A stretch of 63,887 nucleotides of DNA, the filler included, from Octopus bimaculoides (Eukaryota): assembly GCF_001194135.2 (NCBI RefSeq). It is 7 parts of 7 records of this genome, joined end to end, with 100 filler letters (N's around TTAATTAATTAA, not from the genome) between each part and the next. Parts side by side here need not be neighbours in the genome. Positions count along the whole stretch, not along the records: positions 1 to 12,326 come from NC_068984.1; positions 12,427 to 19,466 come from NC_069010.1; 5 more parts are not named here. One strand, written 5' to 3'. Position numbers and translations under genes: made by a program. Below are positions 1 to 13,261 of this stretch, in pieces. The notes beneath the pieces were generated by a model. The model did no database searches and had not been told where the DNA came from. It saw only the letters and a program-made list of their open reading frames with translations. Positions within the stretch are counted from its first letter, which is position 1, and the number at the start of each line of letters is the position of its first letter.

Positions 1-710
1 TATATATATTAGTTAAAAAAGTAAAAAAAAATTGTACAAGTCTCAGTAAATTAATTTGGTCGCTGAAGGATAGTAACATAATATATTCAATTGAATGGGA
101 TAAACGGTATCACATAGGGGGTAAAAGATGTGACTTTGCGTAGAGAAAATGTACCAAATTTTCACTTCTAAATTTAATTTGATAAACACTAAACAAAAAC
201 GTGGTTTAAGGTATCTTTATGCCAGAAAATGTACTTTTAAACAACTCAAATAAGCACATTACACTTTATATAACAATAAAAAATTATTAGAATCACAATT
301 GTTAAAAGAAGAAACAAAAACAAAAAAATCAAAATTAATTGAATACCTCTAAACTAAGAATACTTTCCTTGAAACGAGTGGAATGGTAAACTTCTAATAG
401 TAATAATAAATCTACACAAACATTCAGTCCAACATTTTTATGACTGTTTCACCTCACTCACCACATTTAGTAGAGGTGAACTCTAGGTCGATTCCTAAAA
501 CTATTAATAGTAGTACCCATAACTATTAAAAAAACATTTAATTCATTCAGTTTCACTTCAAAATAGCAGTAAATAAGGATGAAACTGTACCAACCATAAC
601 ACCAGGTTTCATATCTAACAGTCGAAACAGTTGAAAGGATGCTGCAAATAACTGCTTATTAAAATTATGGAAATGAGAAATATCCGTTCTCCTTATCATT
701 ATCAATACTA

Positions 711-764
<54 letters not shown>

Positions 765-861
765 NNNNNNNNNNNNNNNNNNNNNNNNNNNNNNNNNNNN
801 NNNNNNNNNNNNNNNNNNNNNNNNNNNNNNNNNNNNNNNNNNNNNNNNNNNNNNNNNNNNN

Positions 862-902
<41 letters not shown>

Positions 903-1194
903 TTGAACCTCAGGACCATAATGCTGGTTAACCGGTTCCCTTGGCGTATAAGTTACTGAGATCGCAACATTGTTTTGAACGGGACGCCGTTTTGTTGCAG
1001 GGCCCAACGTTAGTAATTTTGTAGGGTAGGGTTTCAAGTCGATCACATCAACTTCATTTTATTAACTTTGAAGGGATGAAGTCTTGACCTCGGCATGATT
1101 TTGAACTCATAACACAGAGTCAGAAGTGATGCTGAGTATTTTGTTTGTGTACCGTGATAACGCAAATCTGCCAACTCATCTGTATATATATATA

Positions 1195-1380
1195 TTGTTG
1201 TGTCCGGGGAGAGCCATTTTCTTTTTTGTGCCTTATAATTTAACACACTCACCAGTAACATTTCCACTTATTTTTATTTTCCTAAAATTTTCGTTGCGTC
1301 TTGCAACCTTTTCAATAGTCTTGACTCTGTCCGTTATTTACACTGCGTTCCTTTTTGTTTGTTTGTGCGCATGTGTGTGG
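1195..1380. mobile_element. Left arm of palindromic MITE-like element
   Basis: Near-exact inverted copy of 2785-2977 (TTGTTGTGTCCGGGGA vs CCCCCAGACACAACAA; CCTTTTCAATAGTCTTGACTCTGTCCG vs CGGACAGAGTCAAGACTATTGAAAAGG); related self-palindromic copy at 58150-58380. Confidence 0.75.
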
Positions 1381-2170
1381 GTAGTTAGGATACTGAACAA
1401 TGTGTCCCCACTATGCGAACCCAATGAAATGAAAAATCATATACAGAACTTCATGCACCGCATGCAGTTCTCTGGATATGATCAGAAAGATAGGGTTCGA
1501 GTATACAGGGGGGCTAGAAAGAAATTAGCTAACATTACACGTAATGATACCAGTGATACCTGCCCTAGATATAGAAACAAAGAATGGAATCGGATATAAA
1601 GAACAAGTGATAAGACAAACAGGGTGAATACGTGATATAAAACCGACAAATATCAAGGTGTGATGTTTGTAGAGGCCACAACCCATGGAGAACTAGCAAG
1701 TAGATTTAGAAAAGCTCAAGATTGTTGAAAAGCCAGGGAACTCCATCAGATCACAACTATGTAGGACTACCCCTTTGAGAATACCATGTGCACCAATGAT
1801 AACTGCATGGTATGTGAGATTATCCCTGGCATTAACTGTAGAACTAGAAATGTAGTTTACAGCATAAGATGCATAGAAGGTGCTTGTAAAGACATGAACA
1901 TGACATACACAGGGGAGACATCTAGGAGCATTGCGGAACGACTAAATGAACATCTGAGACAATATGATGACAAAAAGCAGCCCTCCATACTCTACCAAAC
2001 TTGACCAACATGGAGGCAACCTGGGTCAACTTGACATCCGCATCTTATCCAAGCACCCAAAAGGCCCAATACTCAAACAAATACGGGAGTACGTCTTTAT
2101 AAATGAAGCTTCCTCAATACTAAATAGGAAATATACATAGTAGATATCATACCCTCATACCCACAGTTTA
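1381..2170 (+). mobile_element. Penelope-like retroelement 3' fragment (RT thumb + GIY-YIG endonuclease), degenerate
   Basis: Peptides HRMQFSGYDQKDRVRVY and CTNDNCMVC...CRTRNVVYSIRCIEGAC...TYTGETSRSIAERLNEH match the PLE C-terminal/GIY-YIG pattern; stops and frameshifts present. Confidence 0.8.
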
Positions 2171-2784
2171 CACAAGTAGAGTAGAATAGTTAGTGGGCTG
2201 TTATGTAAATAGATGTATGTATGTGTGGGTGTGTGTATGTGTATGTATATAGACATGTATGTAAGCATATGGATGTGAAAATAAACAGATCAACATTCAG
2301 ACGGATAGGTACATAGGTTATATGAACAGACAACCAAATATATGGAAATGGAGACTGAAAAACATGACTATATATACACACACTTTACTTCACACAAGGA
2401 CACATATGGAGACAGGTGTTCACGCATATGGAGATGCACATCCAGACATACAAACACAGTACATAGTTGCAAAACACACGCACACACACAGAGACATGCA
2501 CACACGAGACNNNNNNNNNNNNNNNNNNNNNNNNNNNNNNNNNNNNNNNNNNNNNNNNNNNNNNNNNNNNNNNNNNNNNNNNNNNNNNNNNNNNNNNNNN
2601 NNNNNNNNNNNNNNNNNNNNNNNNNNNNNNNNNNNNNNNNATACATACAGATGCACACATACATATATACATATGCACACACACATATATACGTACACAC
2701 ATGCATACATACATACATACATACATACATACATACATACTTACTTACATATATGCATGCATGCATAGGCACACACACACACTG

Positions 2785-2977
2785 ACCCACACACATGCGC
2801 ACAAACAAACAAAAAGAAACGCAGTGTAAATAACGGACAGAGTCAAGACTATTGAAAAGGTTGCAAAACGCAACGAAAATTTTAGAAAAATAAAAATAAG
2901 AAATAAGTGGAAATTTTACAGGTGAGTGTGTTAAATTATAATGCACAAAAAGAAACCGATTCCCCCAGACACAACAA
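2785..2977. mobile_element. Right arm of palindromic MITE-like element
   Basis: Inverted repeat of 1195-1380. Confidence 0.75.
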
Positions 2978-3036
2978 AATATGCTTCAACACACAAACTC
3001 ACATAAAGAATCTTGCAAACCAAATCCCAAAACGAA

Positions 3037-3109
<73 letters not shown>

Positions 3110-3284
3110 TACATCAAGAATATCAAATGCTCTTAAAGAGATGTTACCATCCCTGTTCCTTGGTTATTTATATCCAGTCCTTCAAATATATTAGCTTCAC
3201 TTAGATAGATATGTGTATGTAAATATTTTTATATGAGGAAAAGTGAATTTCTCCATTTCCTTTCTCTCTCACACACACACACAA

Positions 3285-3690
3285 ATATAGAAACAGGTGT
3301 TGCTGTGAGGTAAGAAGCTTGCTTCCCAACCACATGATTCCGGGTTCAGTCCCGCAGCGTGGCATCTTGGGCAAGTGTCTTCTACAAGAGCATCAGGCCG
3401 ACCAAAGCGTTGTGAGTAGATTTGGTACACGGAAACTGAAAGAAGCCCGTCGAATATATGTATATATTTATTCATGTCTGTGTTTGTGTCTGTGTTTGTC
3501 CCCACTGCCCATCAATTGACAACTGATGTTGATGTGTTTACGTCCCCGTAACTTAGCGGTTCGGCAGAAGAACCGATAGAGTAACTACCAGACTTATAAA
3601 GAATAAGTCCAGGGGTCGATTTCTTCGACTAAAAGGCGGTGCTCCAGGATTGCCACAGTCAAATGACTGAAACAATTAAAAGAACAAAAG
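3285..3690 (+). mobile_element. tRNA-derived SINE (dominant family), near full length
   Basis: Head GCTGTGAGGTAAGAAGCTTGCTTCCCAACCACATGATTCCGGGTTCAGTCCC, central (TA)n, tail GGCGGTGCTCCAG...CAAATGACTGAAACAA. Further full or partial copies at about 14960-15240(-), 15560-15725(+), 16965-17125(+), 19600-19750(-), 19790-20160(-), 23720-23975(-), 27815-27975(-), 28745-28850(+), 41490-41880(-), 42190-42460(-), 53730-53890(-), 58810-59000(-), 61795-62150(-), 63720-63880(+). Confidence 0.8.
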
Positions 3691-4893
3691 AATATATACG
3701 CACATGTATGTATGTGCATTCACATATGTACACGCGCACACACACGCGCACACATAAAACTTTTGTATTGCAAGTTATAACATTAGCCTGTGATTTTATT
3801 ATGCAGTAATCCATTATATCGCATTGTTTTTTGTTAAATGGTGTTTAATAAAGATACATATATGTATGCGTATATATTTGTGTATCTGTTTACAAATGTA
3901 CATATATATGTATTAGTATATATATGTGTGTGTATGTGGATGTGATTTGTATGCATTAATGCGTCTATGTACGAGTATTAATGTCTATTGTACAGTTATT
4001 AATGATCAGACAGAACAGTTATTAACAAGCAGCCAGTGCACATGTCATGCGCATGAGGCTGTATGTGCATGTGATTCCGTCCATATTTACGCATTGTATT
4101 TACGAATTTGTTTCGAAATTGTTTTCAAAAAGAACAAAAACGCATCATTTCATAATAGTATTATATAATTTCTTACATGTAGCGAAATAGTAGCATTTAG
4201 TCAATTATATATAAATTTACGTACACACACAGACGCACACACACACATATGTATATGTGTATACACACACCTTTATATATACGTTATATAAATGTACATA
4301 TTCATACACCCCCGTCACATTTATAAAAACATACACAAGCAAATGTATTTACATCCACACACTTTAACATTCATGCATATACTTAATTTACTTACATAAT
4401 AGATGAAACAGCAAATTCTGTTTATCTTGTCATGCACGTGTTTCTGGAAGTTTTAACGAATGTGCGCGTGTGTGTGTTTGTGTGTTTGTATCTACATAGA
4501 TAATTATTTCTCTCAGCTCATAATTGCTTAATTTAAGCAACTTATCTGGGTTATAAATCTGTTCTACTCTTTTGGTCTATGTCTTTGTCCCTCGGTTGCA
4601 GGAGATAAAAATAATTGTCGTGCTATTGAGGCAGAAGCACGTATCAACTACTGTTCTCTTATCTCTGACAATAAGCCTTGCTTCTAGAGATTATCTCCCT
4701 TTCTCATATGGAGCTGGTCTTGCTATTTGATAATCATGACACATGTACTTGAGGCAGAGATAATTAAAATCTATCAAGAATTTATATTGTATGGTATTTG
4801 ATGTACTTGTATTTGAATATGCTGTTTATATACAGGCTAAGTGTCCTTATGAGTCATCTCTCTTGGCTCATATTTGTTTAAGATATCTATATT

Positions 4894-4961
<68 letters not shown>

Positions 4962-5526
4962 CAATCTCTATTGATTTACCAGTAGCGATAAACTACTGGA
5001 CTCAGTACAAATGTAGAGTATTCTTTAATACATGATAACAGAAAGGCTCCAATTACCAATACTCAGAGTTGTTAGTTTCCGATCATCAGCTGGTAAACCA
5101 AGCCCAGCTTTCTTTTGAATATTCACTGTCTGAATATTTTTTGGAATATGAAATGAAGGTTTGAAGAAAACGCTCATCCTGATGTTCTTTCGTTTAGAAA
5201 CCTTTGTGAATGACACATGCAAATTTGTGAAAGACACATGCAAAAACGACTGTTTCAAGCTCACGCTTTTGCTTTCATTATTATAGGCGACATACACTGC
5301 ATAAAATCGAAGTCATGGAACTGCGTTACTGTTTAAGCAATGTTTCAAAATAATACTTTTAAATAATAATTTTAATTAACACATGACAAGGTAAATATGA
5401 GTGTGAATGCGGGTGTTCACTTTGTATGCATGCACCTGTGCAAACGTATATATGTATATATATAACGAAGTAATGGCGCAAAGCAGTGTTTCCGTATAAT
5501 CACAATTTAGGTTATTTGAAATATGC

Positions 5527-5926
5527 TTGTCACATATTTCAACTGCTAAAGGCAAATACACTGCAGTTATCGCGGAGAAAGAATCTCTCTTATGCTAAAA
5601 AGGTGTGAAAACACCCAGTTCGTTCAGTGTCGCCATCTCTCGACAATTTCAGACATCGATATTTCGAGTTTATTGACACTTGTCAATGAGATGTACCTAA
5701 GAGAAGCAACTCTGAACGAACTAAATAAAGCTTGTAGCTTTATATATAATTCAGACTGATTTGCGCGAGTAGATCGAGTCAATAAACTCGAAACATCAAT
5801 ATCTGAGATTCCCGAGAGATAGCGACCCTGAACGAACTGGGTGTTTTCACACCTTTTACCATAAGAAAGATTCTTTCTCGCGGTAACTGCAGTGTATTTA
5901 CCTTTAGCAGTTGAAATATGTGACAA
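5527..5926. mobile_element. MITE / foldback element with ~165-bp inverted arms
   Basis: TTGTCACATATTTCAACTGCTAAAGGCAAATACACTGCAGTTATCGCG at the left end and CGCGGTAACTGCAGTGTATTTACCTTTAGCAGTTGAAATATGTGACAA at the right end. Confidence 0.8.
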
Positions 5927-5943
5927 ATGTATATATAAATATA

Positions 5944-7191
5944 TTCGGTTGGCAACTAAGTTCCTACCATTCTTTTAAATTTAATTTTTTTAAAAGGTTT
6001 AATAAAAAATAACAACTAATTAATCAATAATGTATTCATCCTTGTTGTTTACAACTTCTTCCCAACGTTCAACAAGATTTTCAATACCTCGTTGGTAGAA
6101 ATCACCCGATTTCGACTCGAAAAATTGATCCAACCAAGCTCTCAGTTCCGCATCAGTATTGAACGAAACTCCGCTCATAGCATTTGAAAGAGATCGAAAG
6201 AGGTGGAAATCCGCTGGTGCCAAATCAGGAGAGTATGGCGGGTGTGGCAGCACTTCCCAGCCATGCGTTTGAATGGCTTCCTGGGTCATATTGGCGATAT
6301 GAGGGCGATCGTTGTCGTGCAGCAGAAGAACTCCATGCTGCCGATTAGGTCTTTTTCTTGAATAGCCATGTTGAGTCATTCCATCTGTTGTGTCATTCCA
6401 TCCACGTTGACCGTTTGGTTCTGTTCAAGCAATTCGTAATGGATAATCCCTTCCCAGTCCCACCATACGCATAATATCGTTTTACGCGGATGAAGATCTT
6501 GTTTCACGCGCGCTGCTTCCTATTGATCTACAAGCACCATTTTTCGTCGCCAGTAACGATTCGGTAAAGAAATCGCTGCTTGTGTCCATGAGTTGAGCGG
6601 TGACGAGCAAGCAAACCAGCGGAGATTGTGGCTCGTGATTTTTACTGTTGTCAAATAAAGCATCCGGAACCTATGCTCCATACTTCTGAACCTTTTCCAT
6701 CGAGTGAAGATGCTTCTGTATAGCAGTGTGGGAGCATTCTATTTTCCCCGCCAGTTCCCTTGTCGTTTGACGAGAATTTTCATGCAAAAGTTGGTTTAAT
6801 CGCTCTTCATCGAACCCAACTGCACGGCCAGAACGACGTCCGTCTCTGAGGTAAAAATTTCCATTTTTGAACTTGGCATACCAATCACGAGCGGTTAATT
6901 CAACCTGGCACCCTCTCCTTACACAGCACAAATGTTGCGAGCAGCTTTTGCGGTCTTAGAACCTTGATTAAAAACAAAAAGAAGAAGGTGTCGAAAATGC
7001 TCGTTTTTCTTAACTTGACATCTCATTTTAATGATATGAAAATAAACAAAAATTAACAAAAATTAACTAGAAAAAAATAGATTCCAAAATGATTCAAAAA
7101 TAGAATTCTCGTAAAAAATAGATTCCAAAATTTAAAAACGCAATAAATTCCAAAACAAAAAAAAACGGTGGGAACTTAGTTGCCAACCCAA
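5944..7191 (-). mobile_element. Full-length mariner (DD34D) transposon, transposase pseudogene
   Basis: TIRs TT(C/G)GGTTGGCAACTAAGTTCC(T/C)ACC flanked by TA on both sides; 1248 bp; motifs IVTGDEKW, LLHDNDRPH, HPPYSPDLAPADFHLF with 34 residues between the 2nd and 3rd D; ORF broken. Confidence 0.93.
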
Positions 7192-7265
7192 TATATATGC
7201 ATATGTACACACATAAACATACATACATAAACAGAATTATAATTCCATGTATACATATACATACG

Positions 7266-7575
7266 TGTGAGGGTCAGCCGGAAAGGTCATAGAATAAGCG
7301 ACATACTCTCATGTAATGTGACCAAATGAGGTTTATTTTTCAACATAGCCCCCCTCCCTGTTCACATTCTTCTTCTACCGTTGTTGCATGCTTGAATCCC
7401 ATTGATGAACAAGCTTTCATCTTGTTGCTGAGAAAAGTCATCAATAGCAGATATGACGTGATCATCACTGCTTTACTTTTTCCCAACCAAGCAATTTTCT
7501 CGTTGGCGAACAGATGATAGACAGAGCCCAGACTATTGCAGATGAAGCACCCACACAAAGCTACCGCTGTGCAGC
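7266..7575 (-). mobile_element. Mariner 3'-end fragment (second family)
   Basis: Degenerate transposase C-terminal peptide (YHLFANEKIAWLG...GFKHATTVEEEC) followed by a TIR-like end near 7266. Confidence 0.55.
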
Positions 7576-7728
7576 ATTCAACAGTATAATATTTATAAAG
7601 ACTATTTTTCTATAATGGTATATGAATATAAACTTAGCAACTTAAAGCTGGTGTGCGGTGCAGAAACAAATGTGATCTCTGTTAAAGCCTTTTATCTTCC
7701 ATTCTCGTGTTATATTATATATTATCCT

Positions 7729-7869
<141 letters not shown>

Positions 7870-8014
7870 GCACGCACACACACACATATGTATGTGCGTA
7901 TGTGTGTGTGAACATGCATACATATGTATGTGTATGTTAGGGACATATTGTTATGTGCGTACGCATGTGTGCAGGTTTCTATCGCAGACACACCTGCATC
8001 TATCTATCTACCTC

Positions 8015-8056
<42 letters not shown>

Positions 8057-8066
8057 NNNNNNNNNN

Positions 8067-8115
<49 letters not shown>

Positions 8116-8805
8116 CTACCTACCTACTTACCTACACACACACACACGCGCGCGCGCACATACGGGACAGGTGCTCAAAAGACACATTTAAAAATAAACG
8201 TATTCTTCTCTGGTGGTAATAACAAGATGTGTATCAGACGATGTTGAATATTTAATATTTCAGGTCACGTATAATTTTTTTTTTATGTCGTAGATCAGAC
8301 AAGGAAGGACAACTATGTTTTTATTTGGTTTCCGAGGTAGGTGGTGGTGAAGTTTATCGTGGTAGTGCTGCTAGCCGATGTGTTTGTTCTGATGATTGTC
8401 GTTGTTGCTTTTGTTGTTTGTGGTGATTTTTTTATTGTTGTTGCTGTGGTGGTGGTGATGGTGGTGATGATGATGGTGGTAGTTATGTGGTAGTTTTAAA
8501 ATAAAGCAAGACATGTATGTGGTTTACTGCAGTAACCCAACATATAGTTATTCAGAACCGGGAGACCTGCTCCGAATGAATGAAATAGTTATGTTTCAGG
8601 CATCAGTGGTAGGTCTGTAACGGTATTCAAAGATATGATAGTGTCAAACGAGGCAACAGATTAAATTTATCAGGGACAGAAACAGTATCTGCGACAGGCT
8701 TTTACGTATTTTCCGTTACCATCCTCCTGGGTAACACACTTTCCATTTTGTCTGCTTTGTACAAGTACATGCCACTCCTTAATGTGAAGTTATTTACTCC
8801 ATATA

Positions 8806-9121
8806 TCTATATCTTTAAAAGAGAGTTTGTATGTGTGCGCGTATGTTCCTTATGCATTCCAAAACTGAGGGGCCGATTTTGACATATGGGGTATCAAAAG
8901 ATTCAGTACTATTTCGGCTACCAATTAAACTTTATTTTCGTTGACATATTTGCATTACAAAAATTTAAAATTATAATCTTTTCCATAAGTCAAATATACA
9001 ACGACGACGACGTCGCATTTTCTATATGAGTGTGTACTTTAAAAGACATTCATCATCACGACACACACCTTCACTTACTCACTCTATCTCTCTGCTTCTC
9101 TTTCTCTCTCTCGCACATACA

Positions 9122-9153
<32 letters not shown>

Positions 9154-11690
9154 NNNNNNNNNNNNNNNNNNNNNNNNNNNNNNNNNNNNNNNNNNNAAAC
9201 AAACACACACACGTCTATTTCATACACACGTACATACATCTTTCACTTTCTCATCTCCTTCACCTTCTGCTCTCTCTCTCCTTTTCGCTTTCTCTTTTCT
9301 TTCAATTTCTGCTCTCTTCAAAGCATAAAGAAATAAATTTTTACGGAATGACCGAGAAAAACGCAGAATAAGAAAAGGACAGAGAGACAAGAGAAAGAAA
9401 CAGAGACAGAAAACAAGTTTCTATAGGAGAAGTTGAAAGACGGATAGCGAATGTTTCATACCCTATGTATGTTCCATAGCTGAAAGTGAAAGAAAGCTGG
9501 CACAAAAAAATGGGGTAAGCGAGAGAGAAGGGGACGCTGAGAACCCTAGAACCGAGGTCGTGTCGTACGATTTTTCAGGTCGTTTTCACTTTTGTCCCAT
9601 GTTTTACGCATGCGTAGAATTAGGCATTATCTCTCTCAATTTCTGATTATAATGTACGGAGATCCCATGCTGTCAACAAGTCACAACTTCCACTGATTAT
9701 TTAGAATTAAGAAAGTTATGCAAAAATAACTTCCTTTGCCGCGCGCGAGCACACACAGAGACAGATAAAGTTCCCACTTCACTTTATTTCTTTCCTCAAT
9801 TTACTCACATTCCTACGTTTTCCATACAGGACATTTGCATTTCGCCCCAAGGTGGGTAGCTGATGGGTGGCCGCGATGGGAAAAAGGAGCATTCAGTATT
9901 TCTTTCAGAAAAATTAAACTTCCAAGAACAAATTATATTTCCCACGTTCGTAATCTCTATTTCTCTACGTGGATAACAAACAATATTCGAAAAACAGTTA
10001 AAAATTAAGAAATTTCGGTGGAGGAGGGATGAAACTACATTGTTTGTGATACCTCTTAAAAACATAAATCACTTTCATGCAAATTGTACACCCCACTTCA
10101 CTTCTGGACAAACAATAACTTCCATTACGCCATTAATCCACTCCACTATATATCAGCTAACAGAATGCATTACGCTTATCAACACAGAACATAGCCAAAT
10201 CATTGAGAGTTTACTGCTTCTTCTCAGGATATCGGTATACAAATTGACATATGAATTTTTCCACATCTCTTCATTCATTACTAAAAAATCAAATTATACA
10301 ATGCACAACTTCAAATTGATATGTCTTCCATCTTATATGTTCCTTAATCGTTCGCTCTTTTCAGCCATGCCACCAAAACGAAGACATTCTAATTTATCTC
10401 TACAAACAAGGGCCGCAAAGGAAGCTACCTCTATTCATGCTCAAGAAAACTTACTTCAGCATGAACAGCGCCTACTCTCTAATAGACAAAAAGCTGCAGC
10501 AATGTGAGCGTCAGAGTCTAAAACTGAGCGATTGCAACGACTTTCAAAAACCAGCTGTAGAAAAACACCAACACGGGCATCCGAGTCTGAGGTAGACCGC
10601 CAGGTGTGTCTTCTTCATAATCAGTGCACAACAGAAGCAACGCGAGCAGCTGAGTCTCACCAACAGCGTGCCCACCGCCTCTTACAAGCAGTCAATAGGT
10701 AAGCGTCTCTTAGGACAAATCGCAGTATAGACAGTGGCACTATAACGAGTTCGAGTGTCCACGTACCAATGCTTCGTGGAGGCAGCATTGGTACATGCTG
10801 CCTCCACGCATGTACCAATGGAAGGTGAATTTTGCGAAGAGAAATCGGCTCTTAGATATGATCCTAATTTAGATTATAGTGAAGATCCTGCTGTAAGAGT
10901 AGGAGGGCTATTGCATCTGTGCAGGTTCTGTGGGGACAAGAAGTTTACGTGTAAAAGTCCTAGAATGTGTTGCAAGGTTAAGATTCCTGTTTTACAACCT
11001 CCTCTACAGCCATTATTCGACTTGCTAAATGAATGTACTGCAGAATCAAAGCACTTATTCTCCAACGCTACAATTTCACTTTCCAGATGACATCTTTTGG
11101 CGCGACTAAACAACTAGCCAAGGAAGGATTTCAGGCGACATTCAGAGTTCAAGAGCAGGTGTACCACCTGATAGGGTCACTTCTACTATCCAGCGATGAC
11201 CAGGCCAAATTTCTGCAAATTTACGTTATGGGGAACAACCAGCACCGGTTAAGGAGAGGCTGTCAAATAATAACAATCTTGCATGAAGACATCGTTTCTG
11301 CTCTGCAGACCATGTTTTTGACCCACAATAATCTGATTCGACAGCTCAAATTTGCAATAGAACGGGCACAAATTTCAAATGACATCATCCTAGCCATAAG
11401 AGCCGACGAAAAAACCTGTTGGACAGCACTCGGGTTGATACAATGCACCCACCACTGAAGAGGTCGCCTGTATCTTAGTTGGCGATCAATGTGACCACAG
11501 AGATATTGTTATCCACTCACGTGACAATACATTCCGAAGGATTTCTGAGACTCATCGTTCATATTGTACCCAACCATATTCTGAGAAGGGCAAGATGACT
11601 ATCACTTTGACATACCTCAATTTGATCCACTAACTGGACATAATTATCAAAGTCTGTCAGTAACAATGACTTCATGATCATGGTTCAAAC
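8806..11690 (+). mobile_element. Helitron 5' portion with degenerate RepHel N-terminus
   Basis: A|TCTATATCTTTAAAA 5' terminus; ORF start MPPKRRHSNLS at 10367 with RASES/RAAES-type repeats; CRFC...KKF...CC.VKIP..PPLQPL; YNFTFQMTSFG...GFQATFRVQEQVYHLIGSLL...KFLQIY; RISETHRSY. Confidence 0.85.
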
Positions 11691-11737
11691 CTAGGTTTTC
11701 ATTTCTAAGGTATTTTTCGATGTTGTTGTTGTTGTTG

Positions 11738-11798
<61 letters not shown>

Positions 11799-11809
<11 letters not shown>

Positions 11810-11907
11810 TCACTGCCTGGAATCGAACTCGAAATCTGGTGTAGTGGTTAAGAACGTGGGCTACTAACCCCAAGATTCCGAGTTCGATTCCAGGAAGTGA
11901 CTTGAAT
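11799..11907 (+). mobile_element. Minimal tRNA-like SINE with an inverted partial copy (foldback), between (ATT)n and (AAT)n tracts
   Basis: A box TGGTGTAGTGG, arm GGG-CT-ACT-AA-CCC, B box GAGTTCGATTCC; 11799-11836 is the reverse complement of about 11872-11907. Confidence 0.65.
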
Positions 11908-11922
11908 AATAATAATAATAAT

Positions 11923-12326
11923 AAAATTCCTAACTTCTGGTTGAATGCCTTCCCAGAAAGCCATGAACTGCTAACAAAACTTTACAACGAGGTTTTGCAA
12001 AATCCTAGTTTGATGCCCTCTTGGCTAGTTAATAGTTTAACATTCCTGCTTCCAAAAAATGAGGAAACAAACGAACCAAAAAATTATCGCCCCATAACCT
12101 GCTTAACAACAATGTATAAGACGCTAACATCTGTCCTAACCGAGTACACCTATAGTTTTTTAATAGAAAGTAGCATATTCCCTAATGAGCAAAAGGGATG
12201 TAAACGTGGATCTTATGGTTGTAAAGATCAGCTACTCGTCAATAAGATGATCTTAGAAGATTGTCACAAGCGACACAAAAACTTGTCAATAGCCTGGATA
12301 GACTATAAAAAGGCCTTTGATAGCCT
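11923..12326 (+). mobile_element. R4/Dong-clade non-LTR retrotransposon RT fragment
   Basis: IPNFWL...PSWL...TFLLPK...PKNYRPITCLTTMYK...EQKGCKRGSYGCKDQLL...SIAWIDYKKAFDS; open until the gap; begins immediately after (AAT)n. Confidence 0.85.
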
Positions 12327-12426
12327 NNNNNNNNNNNNNNNNNNNNNNNNNNNNNNNNNNNNNNNNNNNNTTAATTAATTAANNNNNNNNNNNNNNNNNN
12401 NNNNNNNNNNNNNNNNNNNNNNNNNN
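12327..12426. other. Assembly spacer N44-TTAATTAATTAA-N44
   Basis: Exactly 100 nt; identical construct at 19467-19566, 28862-28961, 50598-50697, 55943-56042, 61607-61706. Confidence 0.95.
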
Positions 12427-12464
12427 GATGTGTGTATATATATATATATATATACATCATCATC

Positions 12465-12790
12465 ATCATCGTTGTCGTTTAACGTCTGTTTTCCATACTA
12501 GCATGGGTTGGACGATTTGACTGAGGACTGGTGAAACCAGATGGCTACACCAGGCTCCGATCTGATTTGGCAGAGTTTCTACAGCTGGATGCCTTTCCTA
12601 ATGCCAACCACTCTGAGAGTGTAGTGGGTGCTTTTATGTGCCACCGGCACGAAGGCCAGTCAGGTGGTACTGGCAATGGCCATGCTCAAATGGTGCTTTT
12701 ATGTGCCACCTGCACAGGAGCAAGTCCAGCGGCACTGGCAATGACCTTGTTTGAATGTCTTTTCACATGTCACTGGCACAAATGCCAGTA
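12465..12790 (-). mobile_element. RTE LINE 3' UTR fragment with (GAT)n tail
   Basis: Reverse complement of the sequence that follows the RTE ORF end at 45760-46080 and of 14715-14960. Confidence 0.8.
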
Positions 12791-12870
12791 AGGCAACGGG
12801 AAAATTCCTCAGTTTTAAAATGTGGCTTGAGTAGACCCAAATGAAATCAGGTTATAATACTAGTGTGTAT

Positions 12871-13260
12871 ATCTATACTATATATAAAACAGAGATGTGT
12901 GTGTAATCGCTTTTCACGTGAAATCGACTTCACCAAATGCTTCCATACTTGTTATGCGTGAATAATTTGACCTCGGATAAATCTTAGGCTCTTCATTTGA
13001 TTTTTTTAATTAAAAATAGATAATATTGCTTTATATTTAAGATTCACTTCTTTAAAAAGGTTCCTCAATGTCAACTTCCGGTATTGACGTAACAACGGCA
13101 AAAAAGCTTCACTCTCTATTTTGTGTGTTCGTGTGTATGAGAGAGAGAGTAAATACTACATACACACCGCTCTCTCACTCTGTCTCACACACACACCCCT
13201 TGACTCACTCACACTCTGTCTCTTACAAACACACACGCGCGCGCATACACACGTATGTGT
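12871..13260 (+). mobile_element. Non-autonomous Helitron-like 5' end
   Basis: ATCTATACTATATATAAAA start followed by GTGTGT and a CGACTTCACCAAA motif resembling 8806-8900 and 24747-24870. Confidence 0.45.
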
Positions 13261-13261
13261 G

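Noticed and set aside
11836-11900. tRNA gene with ACT anticodon
   Set aside because: No clear acceptor stem or poly-T terminator; it ends in (AAT)n and is better explained as a SINE head
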